64,000 nt of DNA, taken from the IMG/VR virus record IMGVR_UViG_3300022699_000217, positions 20,697 to 84,696 of that record; one strand, given 5' to 3'. The notes under the pieces are model-generated. The model searched no databases. It was not told the DNA's origin and saw only the letters and a list, made by a program, of their open reading frames with translations. A program made the translations under genes and the position numbers. This stretch comes from a virus. Below, piece after piece: positions 63,486 to 64,000 of this stretch; within the stretch, counting starts at the first letter, position 1; every line of letters starts with the position of its first letter.

Positions 63486-64000
63486 CCGAGGTGCCGCTGT
63501 ACGACAGCGTGCGGGTGCGGCAACTCTCGGGGATGTTCGACGTGCCGCTGGGGCAGAAGCTGCGGCGCGAGTGGCACGCCGAGTTGCCGCTGGACGAGGC
63601 CCCGTGGTCGGTCGGCTTGATTGTCGGTCCGTCTGGATCGGGTAAGTCGCTGGTCGCGCGGGAGCTGTTCGGCCCGCTGGTCGATCACAAGCTCGAGTGG
63701 GCGCCGGACAAGGCGGTCGTCGACTGCTTCAACCGGAACCTGTCCGTCCGTGAAATCACCGACGCGTGCTCGGCGGTGGGGTTCAACACCATCCCAAGCT
63801 GGCTCAAGCCCTTCCGGGTGCTCAGCAACGGCGAGCAGTTCCGCGTGGACCTGGCCCGACGCTTGCTCGAGGTGCCCCCGCCTGTCGTCGTCGATGAGTT
63901 CACCTCGGTCGTGGACCGGCAGGTCGCCAAGATCGCCTCCCACGCGGTGCAGAAGTATGCCCGCAGCGGCGACACGCGGTTCGTCGCCATCAGTTGCCAC
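63464..64000 (+). CDS. ABC-type ATPase of the phage ATPase-GNAT family (5' part; runs off the window)
   Basis: Translated by hand from ATG 63464 (missing from the ORF track because no stop lies in the window): MPVVDLIAEV...VGLIVGPSGSGKS...WLKPFRVLSNGEQFRVDLAR...VVVDEFTSVVDRQVAKIAS. Confidence 0.88.
   Translation, partial: MPVVDLIAEVPLYDSVRVRQLSGMFDVPLGQKLRREWHAELPLDEAPWSVGLIVGPSGSGKSLVARELFGPLVDHKLEWAPDKAVVDCFNRNLSVREITDACSAVGFNTIPSWLKPFRVLSNGEQFRVDLARRLLEVPPPVVVDEFTSVVDRQVAKIASHAVQKYARSGDTRFVAISCH

Overview
The window is a continuous stretch of a contractile-tailed (myovirus-type) bacteriophage genome, about 60-65% GC by eye. Essentially every real gene lies on the + strand. No host housekeeping operon, integrase, tRNA or CRISPR array was seen. 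Order: tail sheath, tube, chaperones and tape measure, then baseplate and fibre genes with an antisense HNH endonuclease inserted (0.4-22.8 kb); an AT-rich control region, then small early genes separated by long hairpins, ending in an uncharacterised protein/MoxR AAA+/VWA triad (22.8-29.1 kb); XRE regulator, YqaJ/ERF recombination genes, an initiator with internal iteron-like repeats, and DnaB (29.2-34.4 kb); split lysis genes and a Cys-rich lipoprotein of myxobacterial style (35.9-41.6 kb); a long accessory region (MutY-like glycosylase, SSB, ASCH, two Lar-like proteins, two methyltransferase-like genes, RuvC-like, MazG-like, ThyX, Gp37/Gp68, RMF-like; 41.6-58.2 kb). The window ends in a probable DNA-hypermodification locus around a putative terminase small subunit (58.2-64 kb): ParB-N, SPL-like radical SAM, B12-binding radical SAM, TAGT/GREB1-like glycosyltransferase, TerS, a second ParB-N, and an ABC ATPase of the type usually fused to a GNAT (truncated by the window edge). 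This locus is the strongest candidate for an undescribed system. All family calls are motif recognition by eye; no database search was run.
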